Shown one piece after another: positions 28,444-39,291 of a stretch of DNA of 64,000 nt. Each line of letters starts with the position of its first letter. Position 1 is the first letter of the stretch. The notes beneath the pieces were generated by a model. That model ran no database searches and was not told where the DNA came from. It saw only the letters and a program-made list of their open reading frames with translations. The stretch is from Myxococcota bacterium (GTDB lineage Bacteria; Myxococcota_A; Bradymonadia; UBA7976; UBA1532), in NCBI GenBank assembly GCA_036337435.1, contig JAYZEG010000069.1, positions 1 through 64,000 on the forward strand. The letters are read 5' to 3'. The translations under genes were made by a program, and so were the position numbers.

Positions 28444-30900
28444 GTGAACGAGACCAAAGACCAAAACGACCAAATGGCGGATTCTGATCGGAAAGACCTT
28501 TCGAACCCTGCGCCTTCGGACGTCGACAGACGTCGTTTAGGTGACCGAGCTCTCGGTCAATTTCTCACCATGCGACCTGGCTCGATTCGATGTGATTGGC
28601 CAACCGTCCTCGTTCTCATGGGTCTCTTGTTCGCTGCGTACTTACCTGGCTTGGGTTCCTATGGACTCTACGATCCATGGGAAACCCACTACGGTGAAGT
28701 CGCTCGAAACATGGTTGAACATGACAACTATATCGACCCGTTTTGGGGCTCACCCTGGGACACGGGCGGGGTCAAACGTGAACGAGCAGGTTTCTATTCT
28801 AAACCGCCCTTAATCATGTGGATGATGTCCGGTGGGATGAATCTCTTTGGCTACAATGAGCTGGGTGTACGATTTCTGTTTCCATTGCTGATGATCATGG
28901 CCCTTCTGGCCATCTACTTGGCTGTCTCAAGATTTTTTAATCGACGGGCGGGTCTCTTGTCAGTTTTGGTTACAGCAACAGCCCCTTTCGTGGGTTTCAT
29001 GAGTCGTCAGGCTGTCACCGATGGACCCTTGGTGTCCATTATCACCATTGGGATGATGTGTCTTTGTCTCGGATTGTTTGCATGCGATGAAGACGATGAT
29101 CAGGTCAGTCCCGTCCTATACTGGTTTACACTCGGCGTATTCCTTCTGGTCGCGGGCGGTCAACTTTGGATTTTACTGCCCCTGGACCGGAGTCCTGACA
29201 TCGTTCAGGATTATCCCGGCAGTCGCAATGTCTGGTATGCCTTTCAATGGTGGCTCAAAGAAGTTGTCACCGTCGGTGCCGGAAAGGGATGGGTTCTTGC
29301 GACCATTCTGTTCCCTGTCCTGATCTGGGCTGCGCTTCGAATCAGTCGGCAGAAGCGTCGATCCATGTTCTACATATACCTCTTCTACATTTGCTGTGGT
29401 TTGGTGGTGCCCGCAAAAGGCTGGTTGGGATGGGCACCCATGGGTGGGGCAATTCTTGGGTACATGGCGGTGTCCGGCGACTGGCGGTTATTTTTGCGAG
29501 TCGACGTTCCGACGGGATTACTCATCGTTTTGATGACCGGTCATCCTTGGATCTTCGCGATGCTGACAGGGCATCATCCAGGTTGGTGGGATCGTTTCAT
29601 CATCCACGACCATTACAAGCGATTGTTCTCCGGTGTCCACAGCATCGATGACGGTGCCTTTGAGTATTTCTTCCAATGGATTGGCTATGGTCTTTTCCCA
29701 TGGGTTGGGCTCTTGCCGGCGGGTGTTTTATTGGCCGTTTCGAGAATCAGAGGCCGAGTCAAGGCCCTCGGAAGAGCCGAGCGGTTTCAGCTCATTATCG
29801 TGCTTTGGGCGGTCTTTGGTTTCTTCCTGTTTTCCAAGTCTAGCACTAAGTTCCATCATTATATTTTTCCCATCATCCCGCCATTGGCGATCATGTGCGC
29901 GCTCTTTTTAGAGGCCGTATTTGCTCGCACAACACGGCACACAAAACTATTTCTAGTTTGCGCAGCTGCGCTCACACTTTGGGTCGGCCAAGACCTGTAT
30001 CGGATGCCTGCGAAATATGGGCAGGGAAGCCAGCATTTGGTCAATTTGTTTACCTATAAGTATGACCGTGAATGGCCAAAATACACAGCACCAGAAAAGC
30101 TAGAGACGTTGAGTGCTGATGCACAGGCAAGCGCGCGCCTCGATAATGAACGGCTCACAACATTTTCCGAGCCGCTTAAAACGGTCACCTGGGTCGCTTT
30201 GCTGGGTTTCATCCTGTTGGCGTCGCGCCAATCATGGATGCGGGAGTCTGGCCTACTGTTCATGCTTTATTCGAGCGGTTTATGCCTGTTCTTTTGTCTG
30301 CACACGTACCTGCCTGATGTGGCCAAAGACTGGAGTCAGAAAACGATGTGGGACACCTATTACGGCGATTGCGAGCGCTATCAACCAGGTGAACGAGCAG
30401 ACTTCGAGAGGCATTTAATTCAGACCGCCAGTCGAATCCCAGCTAAGTTAGAGCAGTTTCCCGTCGCATGGTGCAAGGAGCCTGTTGTTGCGTTTAGAAC
30501 CAACTGGCGAGGTGAGACATTCTATTCTGCCAATACTGTACTTCCAGCGATGGAAACTAAACATTTTAAACCGTTCCTCGATTTATGGGGAAACAAGAAA
30601 CCCTTCTACCTGTTTACGGAACGGAGCCGAATCAAGTCGGAATTAGAACCCAACTTACCTGCCCATCTAAAAGGCCAGTACAAGGAAGTGTTTGGGGCCA
30701 ATCGTAAGTTCGTTTTGCTGAGGATAGAGGAGGGGTTGGGCCCTAAAAAAACTCCATCAAAGGCAAAAGAGAAAGACCAATCGACGTCGAAAGCTACAAG
30801 TGGGTCGTCGTCGAGTCCAAAAATTCAACGGATTCCGAACACGCAAAAATCGGCTGCTCCCACGCCCGCTGAGCGACAGGCTAAACCAGAACAACGCTGA
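28444..30900 (+). CDS. GT-C (ArnT/PMT-like) membrane glycosyltransferase
   Basis: DPWETHYGEVARNM, KPPLIMW, A.TD, KG, FPW, KFHHYIFP..P; many TM segments. Confidence 0.88.
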   Translation: MNETKDQNDQMADSDRKDLSNPAPSDVDRRRLGDRALGQFLTMRPGSIRCDWPTVLVLMGLLFAAYLPGLGSYGLYDPWETHYGEVARNMVEHDNYIDPFWGSPWDTGGVKRERAGFYSKPPLIMWMMSGGMNLFGYNELGVRFLFPLLMIMALLAIYLAVSRFFNRRAGLLSVLVTATAPFVGFMSRQAVTDGPLVSIITIGMMCLCLGLFACDEDDDQVSPVLYWFTLGVFLLVAGGQLWILLPLDRSPDIVQDYPGSRNVWYAFQWWLKEVVTVGAGKGWVLATILFPVLIWAALRISRQKRRSMFYIYLFYICCGLVVPAKGWLGWAPMGGAILGYMAVSGDWRLFLRVDVPTGLLIVLMTGHPWIFAMLTGHHPGWWDRFIIHDHYKRLFSGVHSIDDGAFEYFFQWIGYGLFPWVGLLPAGVLLAVSRIRGRVKALGRAERFQLIIVLWAVFGFFLFSKSSTKFHHYIFPIIPPLAIMCALFLEAVFARTTRHTKLFLVCAAALTLWVGQDLYRMPAKYGQGSQHLVNLFTYKYDREWPKYTAPEKLETLSADAQASARLDNERLTTFSEPLKTVTWVALLGFILLASRQSWMRESGLLFMLYSSGLCLFFCLHTYLPDVAKDWSQKTMWDTYYGDCERYQPGERADFERHLIQTASRIPAKLEQFPVAWCKEPVVAFRTNWRGETFYSANTVLPAMETKHFKPFLDLWGNKKPFYLFTERSRIKSELEPNLPAHLKGQYKEVFGANRKFVLLRIEEGLGPKKTPSKAKEKDQSTSKATSGSSSSPKIQRIPNTQKSAAPTPAERQAKPEQR

Positions 30901-31008
30901 GGAGGGACTGGATTGGGTGTGGGAATACAACCATCTCGTTCTAAACTGGATCTAACTTGCTCTTTTGTGGGAGCATCGAGTTCGTAAAATCGCTTAAGGA
31001 CACCTCAA

Positions 31009-32064
31009 ATGACCGCTCGAATGAACGCTTTTTTGTGTCTTTTATGCGCTGTTTTTATCAGCGCATGTTCGTTCACTAACGTGCCTGACCCCGGCAGTTT
31101 CGAGGGCATGCAGTCGGGATCTACAGAGGTGCCTGGAGACCAAGCTGCGACGCCAAGCCTGGAACCAAACTTGGAGGCAGGGTTTGATGCTGGAGGGTCC
31201 GAACCGGTACGCGGCGGAGAGACAGCCGATGCTGGCGCACCTTTGGTGGATGACGTCGATGCTGGTGATGTCGCCAGCGGGGACGATTCGGGAATCCGGA
31301 TGCCACCGGCTCAGTGTCAGTCCACCGGATTCTGTGCGGCAAATGGAAGCTGGTGTGAACCCTTAGATGACGACCAATGTCATGAAACGCCGGGTCAACC
31401 GGTTTGTTTTACGCCCGAGCATCCACGGTCTCAGGCCGTCTGTGGGGCGATTCGATGTGGTGAGGCTGGTCGGTGCCAAGACGATGGTGCCTACTGCGAA
31501 CCTGACGATGTGCCAGCCTGCCAAGCCACGCCGGGTCAGCCAATTTGCTATGCCATCGATGACCCCATGAGTCTCCGGTTTTGCCGCCCAGACGGCGCGC
31601 AATGCAACCAGATTGGAGAATGCTCACCAGACGGCTGGTACTGTGAGCCACTGGGCTCAGATGCATGTCAGGCCGTCCCCGGGTCGCCCGTGTGTCACGC
31701 ACCGAATGAGGCCATCTCTGTGATGTACTGCGGCGCGGCAGAGCCCCGTCCAGAACCAGACTGTGCAGCACTCGGTACGTGTATCGATGGTAGCTACTGT
31801 GAGCCTGATGATGTTGAGGCTTGTCACACCACGCCGGGCATGCCGGTATGCTATGAACCAGACGAGCCAATCTCTGTGATGTACTGCGGCGCGCCAGAGC
31901 CCCGTCCGGAACCAGACTGTGCAGCACTCGGCACATGTATCGATGGTGGCTACTGTGAGCCTGATGATGTTGAGGCTTGCCACACCACGCCGGGCATGCC
32001 GGTCTGTTACGAACCAGACGACCCAATCTCTACACTGTACTGCGGTCGTCGCGGCGATCCATAG
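31009..32064 (+). CDS. Cys-rich repeat lipoprotein (five 6-Cys repeats)
   Basis: Lipobox ISAC; acidic linker; five copies of C...G.C..[DN]G.[YW]CEP.....C...PG.P[VI]C.......S...C. Confidence 0.85.
   Translation: MTARMNAFLCLLCAVFISACSFTNVPDPGSFEGMQSGSTEVPGDQAATPSLEPNLEAGFDAGGSEPVRGGETADAGAPLVDDVDAGDVASGDDSGIRMPPAQCQSTGFCAANGSWCEPLDDDQCHETPGQPVCFTPEHPRSQAVCGAIRCGEAGRCQDDGAYCEPDDVPACQATPGQPICYAIDDPMSLRFCRPDGAQCNQIGECSPDGWYCEPLGSDACQAVPGSPVCHAPNEAISVMYCGAAEPRPEPDCAALGTCIDGSYCEPDDVEACHTTPGMPVCYEPDEPISVMYCGAPEPRPEPDCAALGTCIDGGYCEPDDVEACHTTPGMPVCYEPDDPISTLYCGRRGDP
31714..32046 (+). repeat. Near-identical 156-bp tandem repeat (about 2.1 copies) inside the Cys-rich lipoprotein gene
   Basis: ATCTCT...TGTACTGCGG recurs at 31714, 31870 and 32026 (period 156 nt = 52 codons). 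Confidence 0.9.
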
Positions 32065-32087
32065 GGACAACTCGTCCGTCTGATGGA

Positions 32088-33278
32088 TTAGTCGGTGCTT
32101 GCGGCTAACTTTCGCAAATGGGCACCGATGACGACTTTCTGAATTTCGCTGGTGCCTTCGTAAATTCTCAGGGCACGAATTTCTCGATAGAGGCGTTCGA
32201 CCGCAACGCCCCGGGTCACGCCAAGACCACCAAAAATTTGGACAGCGCGGTCAATAATTCTTTGGGCCGCTTCCGTGGCAAATAACTTACCCATGGCGAC
32301 CTCAGAGCTCACGCGATCAGTAGACAGGTCGCGACGATAGGCCGCTCTGAAAACCAAAAGCCGCGCCGCCGTGAGTTCCGTTGCGCTGTCTGCCAGATAC
32401 GCCATGATTTGCTGTTGTTCAAAAATCGGTTTGCCAAACTGTGTCCGTTCAAGAGCTCGATGAAGGCCTTCATCGAGAGCCCGTTGAGCCATACCGATGG
32501 CAGCACCAGCAACCGTCGTCCTAAAAACATCCAGTGTGCCCATCGCAATCTTGAATCCATCGCCTTCCTGTCCAAGTAGGCGATTTTTAGGAATGCGACA
32601 ATTGTCGAAAATCAACGTACCGATGGGATGTGGTGCGATCACCTCAAAGCGCTCCACAGACAGACCCGGGTCATCGGGTTCGATAATGAATGCGCTCATA
32701 CCGCGTCGCCCCTTTTCAGGATGCGTCTTGGCGAAGAGGACGTACTGTCCTGCGATACCCGCGTTGCTGATATACGTCTTTTGGCCGTTGACGATGTAGC
32801 TGTCGCCCGAGGCTTCAGCCAAACAGCTCATAGAGGCGACATCACTGCCCGCATTGGGTTCGGTCAAAGCGAAAGCGCCCAAAGACTGACCGGCCAGTAC
32901 CGCAGGCAAATAGGTTTGCTTTTGTTGGGTCGTGCCTGCCAAAGTGATTGGGTAACTGCCCAAGCCCTGCATCGCGAACGCTGTATCAAGTAAGGCATCT
33001 GACCAGCCAAGGCTCTCTCGGATTAATGTCAATGCCCGGGTGTCGAGGCCGTCTGGTCGACCGATGGCTGCGCCACCAAATCGTTCGGGTACGCAATACT
33101 GGGTGAGCCCAGCTTGAGTCAGTTGGGAAACGGCCTTGAGGGTCGCTTCATCTTCGTCCCGTTGGTCGTCCAGCGTCCATTCCGATGCAAAACGAGCCGC
33201 TTTTTCTGCGATGGCATGATGGTCTTCATCGAAGAAGAAATCTAAGTCAGCCGTTGATGGTTCCGGCGCGTGTTTCAT
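32088..33278 (-). CDS. Acyl-CoA dehydrogenase
   Basis: FALTEPNAGSD, NGQKTYISNAG, R.QFGKPI, AVQIFGGLG, RIYEGTSEIQ. Confidence 0.95.
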   Translation of the reverse strand: MKHAPEPSTADLDFFFDEDHHAIAEKAARFASEWTLDDQRDEDEATLKAVSQLTQAGLTQYCVPERFGGAAIGRPDGLDTRALTLIRESLGWSDALLDTAFAMQGLGSYPITLAGTTQQKQTYLPAVLAGQSLGAFALTEPNAGSDVASMSCLAEASGDSYIVNGQKTYISNAGIAGQYVLFAKTHPEKGRRGMSAFIIEPDDPGLSVERFEVIAPHPIGTLIFDNCRIPKNRLLGQEGDGFKIAMGTLDVFRTTVAGAAIGMAQRALDEGLHRALERTQFGKPIFEQQQIMAYLADSATELTAARLLVFRAAYRRDLSTDRVSSEVAMGKLFATEAAQRIIDRAVQIFGGLGVTRGVAVERLYREIRALRIYEGTSEIQKVVIGAHLRKLAASTD

Positions 33279-34078
33279 TGTGAAAAGTCCTTAAAATTGG
33301 GAAACCGCTTTTCCACCCGGGCGTCATGTGCCTCGCGGAAATCGGGATGCGCCATACAGATGGCCTGTGCTTGAGCCTCTGCCTCAATGGCTTCTTCCAG
33401 GGATAAATGTGCTTCATCCTCCACCATTTTCTTGGTCATCGCATTGGCGAATGCCGGTCCATTTGCCATTGTTTTCGCCAACTCAAGTGCCCGGTCAAAC
33501 ACAGAATCGCCTTCAACCAAGTGGTTGGCTAAGCCGATTTCCCTCATCCGTTCAGCATGGATGATTTCACCGGTTAGCAGTAATTCCGATGCGTGTCCTA
33601 AGCCAACAATTCTTGGCAGGAGATAAGCGGAACCCATGTCAGCACCGCAAAGACCGACTTGCGGGAAAACGCAGCCAAATTTTGCTTTTGGCCCGACCAC
33701 CCGGACGTCGCAGGCAAGTGCCATCACAGCACCAGCACCGACTGCAGCACCCTGGATTGCGGCGATTACGGGCTTATTGACCCTTCGGATGTTTTGAATC
33801 AATGCTCCGGTTACCCGGGTAAACGCCAAGAGCCCAGGCATATCTCGAGAAAACAGTTGACCGATGATGTCATCGACATCACCACCTGCACAAAAGGCGC
33901 GCCCTGCACCTCGAAGAACGAGAGCACCAATATCAGACCGGCCGTTCAAATAGCTGAAGAAGTCCCTGAGTTCCTCATAGCTTTCGAACGTCAACGCATT
34001 GAGTCGGTTCGGTCGATTTAATGTAATGATGCCGACTCGATGCTGAATCTCAAAATCAAAATGTTTCGGGGTCATCAC
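33275..34078 (-). CDS. Enoyl-CoA hydratase/isomerase family protein
   Basis: LNRPNRLNAL, AFCAGGDV, AVGAGAVMALACD, GL.GADMG.AYLLPRIVG. Confidence 0.93.
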   Translation of the reverse strand: MMTPKHFDFEIQHRVGIITLNRPNRLNALTFESYEELRDFFSYLNGRSDIGALVLRGAGRAFCAGGDVDDIIGQLFSRDMPGLLAFTRVTGALIQNIRRVNKPVIAAIQGAAVGAGAVMALACDVRVVGPKAKFGCVFPQVGLCGADMGSAYLLPRIVGLGHASELLLTGEIIHAERMREIGLANHLVEGDSVFDRALELAKTMANGPAFANAMTKKMVEDEAHLSLEEAIEAEAQAQAICMAHPDFREAHDARVEKRFPNFKDFSQ

Positions 34079-34485
34079 ACTTTCTCCAATGGCAAAGCCG
34101 CCGTCGTTTCAATTTCTAATAGTGCGTCTGGTTCGACCAATTCCGTCACGGCAACCAGGGCCATTGCCGGGTACCAACGGCCCATGTGTTTGCGCCAAAT
34201 TGGACCTAAATCCCTGAGGCATGTCCGATAGGCGTCCATATTGGTCACGTAGATGGTCATGCGCGTGATGTGAGAGGCGTCTCCACCCGCAGCTCTCAGG
34301 ACAGCCAAGGTGTTTTCAAGTGCTTGGTCAAATTGGCCTAAAAATGTCTTATCTTCGAATACATTTGCCGCTGTCCAACCTATCTGACCACCAATAAAGA
34401 GCATCCGACCTTCACCGATAATGCCGTTGCTATACCCCCTCGGTGCGGGCCATCCATCTGGATTTATGATTTCTGTCGTACTCAT
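34075..34485 (-). CDS. RidA/YjgF-family protein
   Basis: P.GW..PRGYSNG, GGQIGW, YPAMALV.V..LV...ALLEIE. Confidence 0.93.
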   Translation of the reverse strand: MSTTEIINPDGWPAPRGYSNGIIGEGRMLFIGGQIGWTAANVFEDKTFLGQFDQALENTLAVLRAAGGDASHITRMTIYVTNMDAYRTCLRDLGPIWRKHMGRWYPAMALVAVTELVEPDALLEIETTAALPLEKV

Positions 34486-35246
34486 TTCATCACCTGTCCG
34501 CCGTCCAGCACGACGGTTTGTCCATTGATGCCACGCGCTTCATAAGGGAGTAAGCTCATGACCGCATGGCTGACTTCATCGACGCCAATGAGTCTGCCTT
34601 GGGGATTCATTCGTTCCAAGGCAACACGGGCGTTATTCTCGTCCCGACCCGTCGCATCACTAATTTTTTCGATGGCTGCTGTGGTCATGTCAGTGTCGAC
34701 AAATCCAGGGCAGATGGCGTTGATGGTCACACCGGTTTTTGCGTACTCGGCGGCCAATGAACGCATCAGGCCAACCACGCCATGTTTCGATGCACAGTAG
34801 GCAGATGTGTAGGCATATCCTGTCAGCCCAGCGTTACTTGCCACAAACACAATCCGACCCTCACCGTGTTGAACCATTTTCGGCAGGCAACGCTTTGTCA
34901 GTACAAAATTAGCTGTGAGATTGACCTGAATGGTCTGTGTCCAAATATCAAGGGTTGTTTGTGTCAGGGGCGCGCTCGTTGCAATGCCCGCGTTGTTGAT
35001 CAGAACGCCGATGGGGCCGACATGGGCGTCGACCCAATCAACACCGTTGTTAATAGAGTCTATTTCTGACAAATCCATGGTCAGTGGCACACCATTAATT
35101 TCTCGAGCTAAGTCATCAACGGCCGATGTCGTGCGTGCAGCGCAAACGACTCGATAGCCTGCTTTCGACAAGTCCTTTGCGATCCGCCGACCGATGCCGC
35201 GCGACGCACCCGTGACCAAGGCGATGGTATTCTGTTTTGTATTCAT
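34482..35246 (-). CDS. Short-chain dehydrogenase/reductase
   Basis: TGASRGIG, NNAG, YCASK, NAICPGFVDT; ATG at 35246. Confidence 0.93.
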   Translation of the reverse strand: MNTKQNTIALVTGASRGIGRRIAKDLSKAGYRVVCAARTTSAVDDLAREINGVPLTMDLSEIDSINNGVDWVDAHVGPIGVLINNAGIATSAPLTQTTLDIWTQTIQVNLTANFVLTKRCLPKMVQHGEGRIVFVASNAGLTGYAYTSAYCASKHGVVGLMRSLAAEYAKTGVTINAICPGFVDTDMTTAAIEKISDATGRDENNARVALERMNPQGRLIGVDEVSHAVMSLLPYEARGINGQTVVLDGGQVMK

Positions 35247-35318
35247 CCTTGTAGCCTGCACTAGCCCGATGAATGGATCAACTGGCAACACGTATCAACT
35301 CCGTCTAATCTGTTTATT

Positions 35319-36704
35319 ATGAAGCGTTATCGAGCAGACTTTGTGATCGCAGACTCTGGCATCGTCGAAAGTGGTGTCCTGACCATCAAGGGCGGCCGGA
35401 TTGTCGAGGTCGGCACTGGACCCTACGACATTGATTTGGGGTCTGTTGCCGTTATGCCGGGGCTCGTCAATGCCCACAGCCATGCTTTTCAGCGGATTCT
35501 ACGCGGTCGAACAGAATATTTAGATTCGGCTCGACCAGACGAAGACTTTTGGAGTTGGCGTACATTGATGTACCGAGCAACTGAAGACTTCAAACCCGAT
35601 GAGCTCAGCGTGGTTTCCAAGATGGCATTTCTTGAAATGGCAACCACGGGGATCACCACGGTGGGTGAATTTCATTATATCCACCATCAGCCTGATGGAC
35701 GTGAATATGCTGATCCCAACGAATTGGCCAATCGGGTGATTCAAGCAGCACTCGATGTGGGCCTACGGATTACTCTGCTCAATGTTGCATATCATCGTGG
35801 CGGCTTTAATCGGCCGCTCGTCGACCGTCAACTCAGATTCGTTGACCGAACTCTAGACCGGTATTTGCTCAGGACAGAGGCTATGCATGCCCATTGGCGT
35901 GCTCATCCTCAAGTCGACGTTGGCTTTGCACCCCACAGCATTCGTGCTGTTCCGGCGGATTGGTTGCGAGAGATTGCTGATCGGGCATCTCAGACAGAGC
36001 AAGTCATCCATATTCACGCCTGTGAACAGCGTCAAGAACTCGCACAGTCCAGAGACGAATATCAAAAAGGCCCTATTTCAGTTTTAGATGATGTGGGCCT
36101 GCTCGGTCGGCGGACCACACTTGTTCATGCCACCCATATCGACGCGGCTGATGCTGAGCGTCTGGCTCGTTCCAAGACCGGAGTTTGCCTGTGTCCTACG
36201 ACGGAGCAGAACCTCGGCGATGGATTTGTCCCGGCGCACCTGCTCAATGCCCACGGTGTGCCCATTTGTGTTGGGTCTGACAGTCAGATCGAAATCGACT
36301 TGTGGCAAGATGTGAGACTGATCGAGTATCAGCAACGCCTACGGGATGAACGCCGCAATGTCCTCGCGCGCTATGTATCCCAATCTGACGAAAAGTCTGT
36401 GTCCAAACTTCAAACAGCAAGCACCCTCTGGCCCTCGCTACACAGCCATGGCGCACGCGCCCTTGGCGTCAACGCAGGCCGATTGGCGGCGGGACACCTT
36501 GCCGATTTTATTACAGTTGATTTGAACCATCCGTCCATGGCGGGCGTCGTCACCGGCGACCTCATTTCGCAGCTGATGTTTGGCGTGAAGACCCAGGCTG
36601 TCAGAGATGTTTTCGTCGGTGGAAAAGCCATCGTCGAGGCGGGGCGACACCCAGGACAAGCCCAAATCGTCGCTGACTACCAGCAGTACGTACAGAGTCG
36701 ATAG
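35319..36704 (+). CDS. hutF: Formimidoylglutamate deiminase
   Basis: NAHSHAFQR, FWSWR..MY, GEFHYIHH, APHSIRAV, HIHACEQ..E, LCPTTEQNLGDG, GSDS. Confidence 0.92.
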   Translation: MKRYRADFVIADSGIVESGVLTIKGGRIVEVGTGPYDIDLGSVAVMPGLVNAHSHAFQRILRGRTEYLDSARPDEDFWSWRTLMYRATEDFKPDELSVVSKMAFLEMATTGITTVGEFHYIHHQPDGREYADPNELANRVIQAALDVGLRITLLNVAYHRGGFNRPLVDRQLRFVDRTLDRYLLRTEAMHAHWRAHPQVDVGFAPHSIRAVPADWLREIADRASQTEQVIHIHACEQRQELAQSRDEYQKGPISVLDDVGLLGRRTTLVHATHIDAADAERLARSKTGVCLCPTTEQNLGDGFVPAHLLNAHGVPICVGSDSQIEIDLWQDVRLIEYQQRLRDERRNVLARYVSQSDEKSVSKLQTASTLWPSLHSHGARALGVNAGRLAAGHLADFITVDLNHPSMAGVVTGDLISQLMFGVKTQAVRDVFVGGKAIVEAGRHPGQAQIVADYQQYVQSR

Positions 36705-36740
36705 CGGGGTCATCGACCCAAGCTGGATGTGTGAGCCGCC

Positions 36741-39155
36741 TCAGCCGACGACAAAATTGATCATTCGACCTGGGACAAAAATTTCTTTTCGAATGGTCTT
36801 GCCTTCGATATGCCGTTGAATATTGTCCAGGGTGCGCGCCTGGGCCAATGCCGCGTCCTTGGCAATCTCGCGAGGCAATTCGATTTGTGCACGCATTTTC
36901 CCGTTGATGGCGACGGCGTATGTTTGCAGCTGATCGATGAGCAAGGCTGGGTCGAATTGCGGCCACTTAACATAAGCAATGCTTTCCGGATGGCCCAGTC
37001 GCGCCCAAACTTCTTCACTGAAATGTGGGGCAAATGGAGCCATTAATTGAACTAAAATCTCTAAAGTCTCTCGCCCATGGTGGTTGGACTTCGTCAGTAA
37101 ATTCGTGAGCTCCATCATCGATGCGATGGCTGTATTGAAACGCATGCCTTCAATGTCCTCAGTGACCTTCTTGATGGTGCGGTGGAGCGCCTTTTGAATG
37201 TCGTTTGGAGCAGGCTTGTTGTCAGCTCGAAGCTCGCCCGTATCGGGATCGATCGCGAGTCTCCAGATTCGGTCGAGGAGTCGTCTGACACCATCGACGC
37301 CTGCCGTCTTCCATGGCTTGGTCGCTTCCAGGGGACCCATGAACATCTCGAAAAGTCTCATGGCATCGGCGCCATACTCGGTGACCACGTCATCCGGGTT
37401 AATGACATTGCCCCGTGACTTAGACATTTTTTGATTGTCTTCCCCGAGAATAATGCCCTGGTGGATGAGTTTCATAAAGGGTTCTGGCGTGCTGACATGG
37501 CCTAAATCATAGAGCACTTTGTGCCAGAAACGCGCGTAGAGCAGATGCAGCACAGCGTGTTCTGCACCGCCGACATAGAGGTCGACTGGCATCCAGTACT
37601 TTTCTTTCTCGGGGTCCCAAGGCTGTTCTTCATTATGAGGATCGATGTAGCGTAAGTAGTACCAACATGAGCCCGCCCATTGCGGCATTGTGTTGGTTTC
37701 ACGCCGGCCATTGCGCCCATCTTCCAGAGTGACATTGACCCAATCGGGTACATTAGAAAGTGGGCTCTCGCCGCTTCCAGACGGCTTATAATTCTCCGTC
37801 TCCGGTAATCTGATCGGGAGTTCAGATTGTTCGGCGAGAATGATTTCACCGTCTTCAGCATGGATGATGGGGAAGGGTTCGCCCCAGTAACGCTGCCTAG
37901 AAAACAACCAGTCGCGCAACTTATAATTAATCGTCCCTTTGCCGGCTTGATTGGATTCCAGCCACTCGATGATGGTCTTCTTCGCGTCCGCGACAGACAG
38001 GCCATTTAAGAGCTCGCTGTTGATCAGTTCGCCCTGCCCAACATAGGCAGCTTCATCAATGTTGCCCCCAGAAATGACTTCAACGATAGGCAAATCAAAG
38101 GTCTTGGCAAAGTCCCAGTCTCGTTGGTCGTGGCCCGGAACTGCCATGATTGCACCGGTCCCGTATGAGGCTAAGACATAGTCGCTAATCCAGATTGGAA
38201 CGCTGTCCCCATTCACTGGATTCGTTGCGTACGCACCTGTGAATACGCCGGTTTTAGTCGAGACGTCCTGTACACGGTCTCGTTCAGACCGGCGGGCGGC
38301 TTTCTCTACATAAGCCCCCACCTCCGCAGACGCCTCGTCCGTCGTGATTTTTTCGACGAGATGATGCTCAGGGGCCAGAACCATGTAGGTGGCACCAAAC
38401 AGAGTGTCTGGACGGGTCGTAAAGACCGTGACCTGAGCATCATGGTCGTTGACCTTGAAGTCGACTTCAGCACCGAAACTTTGCCCGATCCATTCTTCTT
38501 GCATCACTCGAGTGCCAGTTGGCCAATCAACCAATTTGAGATCATCGAGTAGACGGTCAGCATATTCGGTAATCTTCAGCATCCACTGCCGCATCGGGCG
38601 ACGAATGACCGGATGACCGCCCCGCTCGCTCTTCCCATCGATCACCTCTTCATTGGCGAGTACTGTCCCGAGTTCAGGGCACCAATTGACGGGGACTTCT
38701 GCAATGTATGCCAGACCCTTTTTGTATAATTCACAAAAGATCCACTGGGTCCACTTGTAGTAATCTGGATCAGTCGTGTTGACTTCGCGATCCCAGTCGT
38801 AACTAAAGCCGAGCATTTTGAGTTGACGTCTAAACGTGTCGATGTTCTTGGCTGTTGTTGCCGCAGGATGCGTCCCGGTCTGGAGCGCGTATTGTTCGGC
38901 GGGTAAACCGAATGCGTCCCACCCCATGGGATGGAGAACGTTGTAGCCACACTTCCGTTTGTAGCGACACATGATGTCCGTGGCCGTGTAGCCCTCGGGA
39001 TGCCCAACATGAAGCCCCGACCCGGATGGATATGGAAACATATCCAGGCAGTAATACTTCGGTTTTGAGGTATCATCATTGACACGGAAGGTCTTATTTT
39101 TGTCCCAATACGCCTGCCATTTGGGTTCGATGATCGAAGGGTCATACTTGGCCAT
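36741..39155 (-). CDS. leuS: Leucyl-tRNA synthetase
   Basis: [24 protein letters not shown] editing motif, KMSKS. Confidence 0.98.
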   Translation of the reverse strand: MAKYDPSIIEPKWQAYWDKNKTFRVNDDTSKPKYYCLDMFPYPSGSGLHVGHPEGYTATDIMCRYKRKCGYNVLHPMGWDAFGLPAEQYALQTGTHPAATTAKNIDTFRRQLKMLGFSYDWDREVNTTDPDYYKWTQWIFCELYKKGLAYIAEVPVNWCPELGTVLANEEVIDGKSERGGHPVIRRPMRQWMLKITEYADRLLDDLKLVDWPTGTRVMQEEWIGQSFGAEVDFKVNDHDAQVTVFTTRPDTLFGATYMVLAPEHHLVEKITTDEASAEVGAYVEKAARRSERDRVQDVSTKTGVFTGAYATNPVNGDSVPIWISDYVLASYGTGAIMAVPGHDQRDWDFAKTFDLPIVEVISGGNIDEAAYVGQGELINSELLNGLSVADAKKTIIEWLESNQAGKGTINYKLRDWLFSRQRYWGEPFPIIHAEDGEIILAEQSELPIRLPETENYKPSGSGESPLSNVPDWVNVTLEDGRNGRRETNTMPQWAGSCWYYLRYIDPHNEEQPWDPEKEKYWMPVDLYVGGAEHAVLHLLYARFWHKVLYDLGHVSTPEPFMKLIHQGIILGEDNQKMSKSRGNVINPDDVVTEYGADAMRLFEMFMGPLEATKPWKTAGVDGVRRLLDRIWRLAIDPDTGELRADNKPAPNDIQKALHRTIKKVTEDIEGMRFNTAIASMMELTNLLTKSNHHGRETLEILVQLMAPFAPHFSEEVWARLGHPESIAYVKWPQFDPALLIDQLQTYAVAINGKMRAQIELPREIAKDAALAQARTLDNIQRHIEGKTIRKEIFVPGRMINFVVG

Positions 39156-39291
39156 TTTGCTCAGTGTCCTTTAGATTCTAGTCGAGAAGGTGCGGAGCAT
39201 ACCGTTCGTGAATGCAGGGTGCAACGGCATCGATTATGCTAGAACAGACCACTGCCGAAAACCCATGCCAAAATTAACCGTTGGAGGATTT

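Noticed and set aside
36707..36719. GGGTC-ATC-GACCC hairpin between convergent hutF and leuS as a terminator
   Set aside because: Only a 5-bp stem, with no U-tract on either strand.
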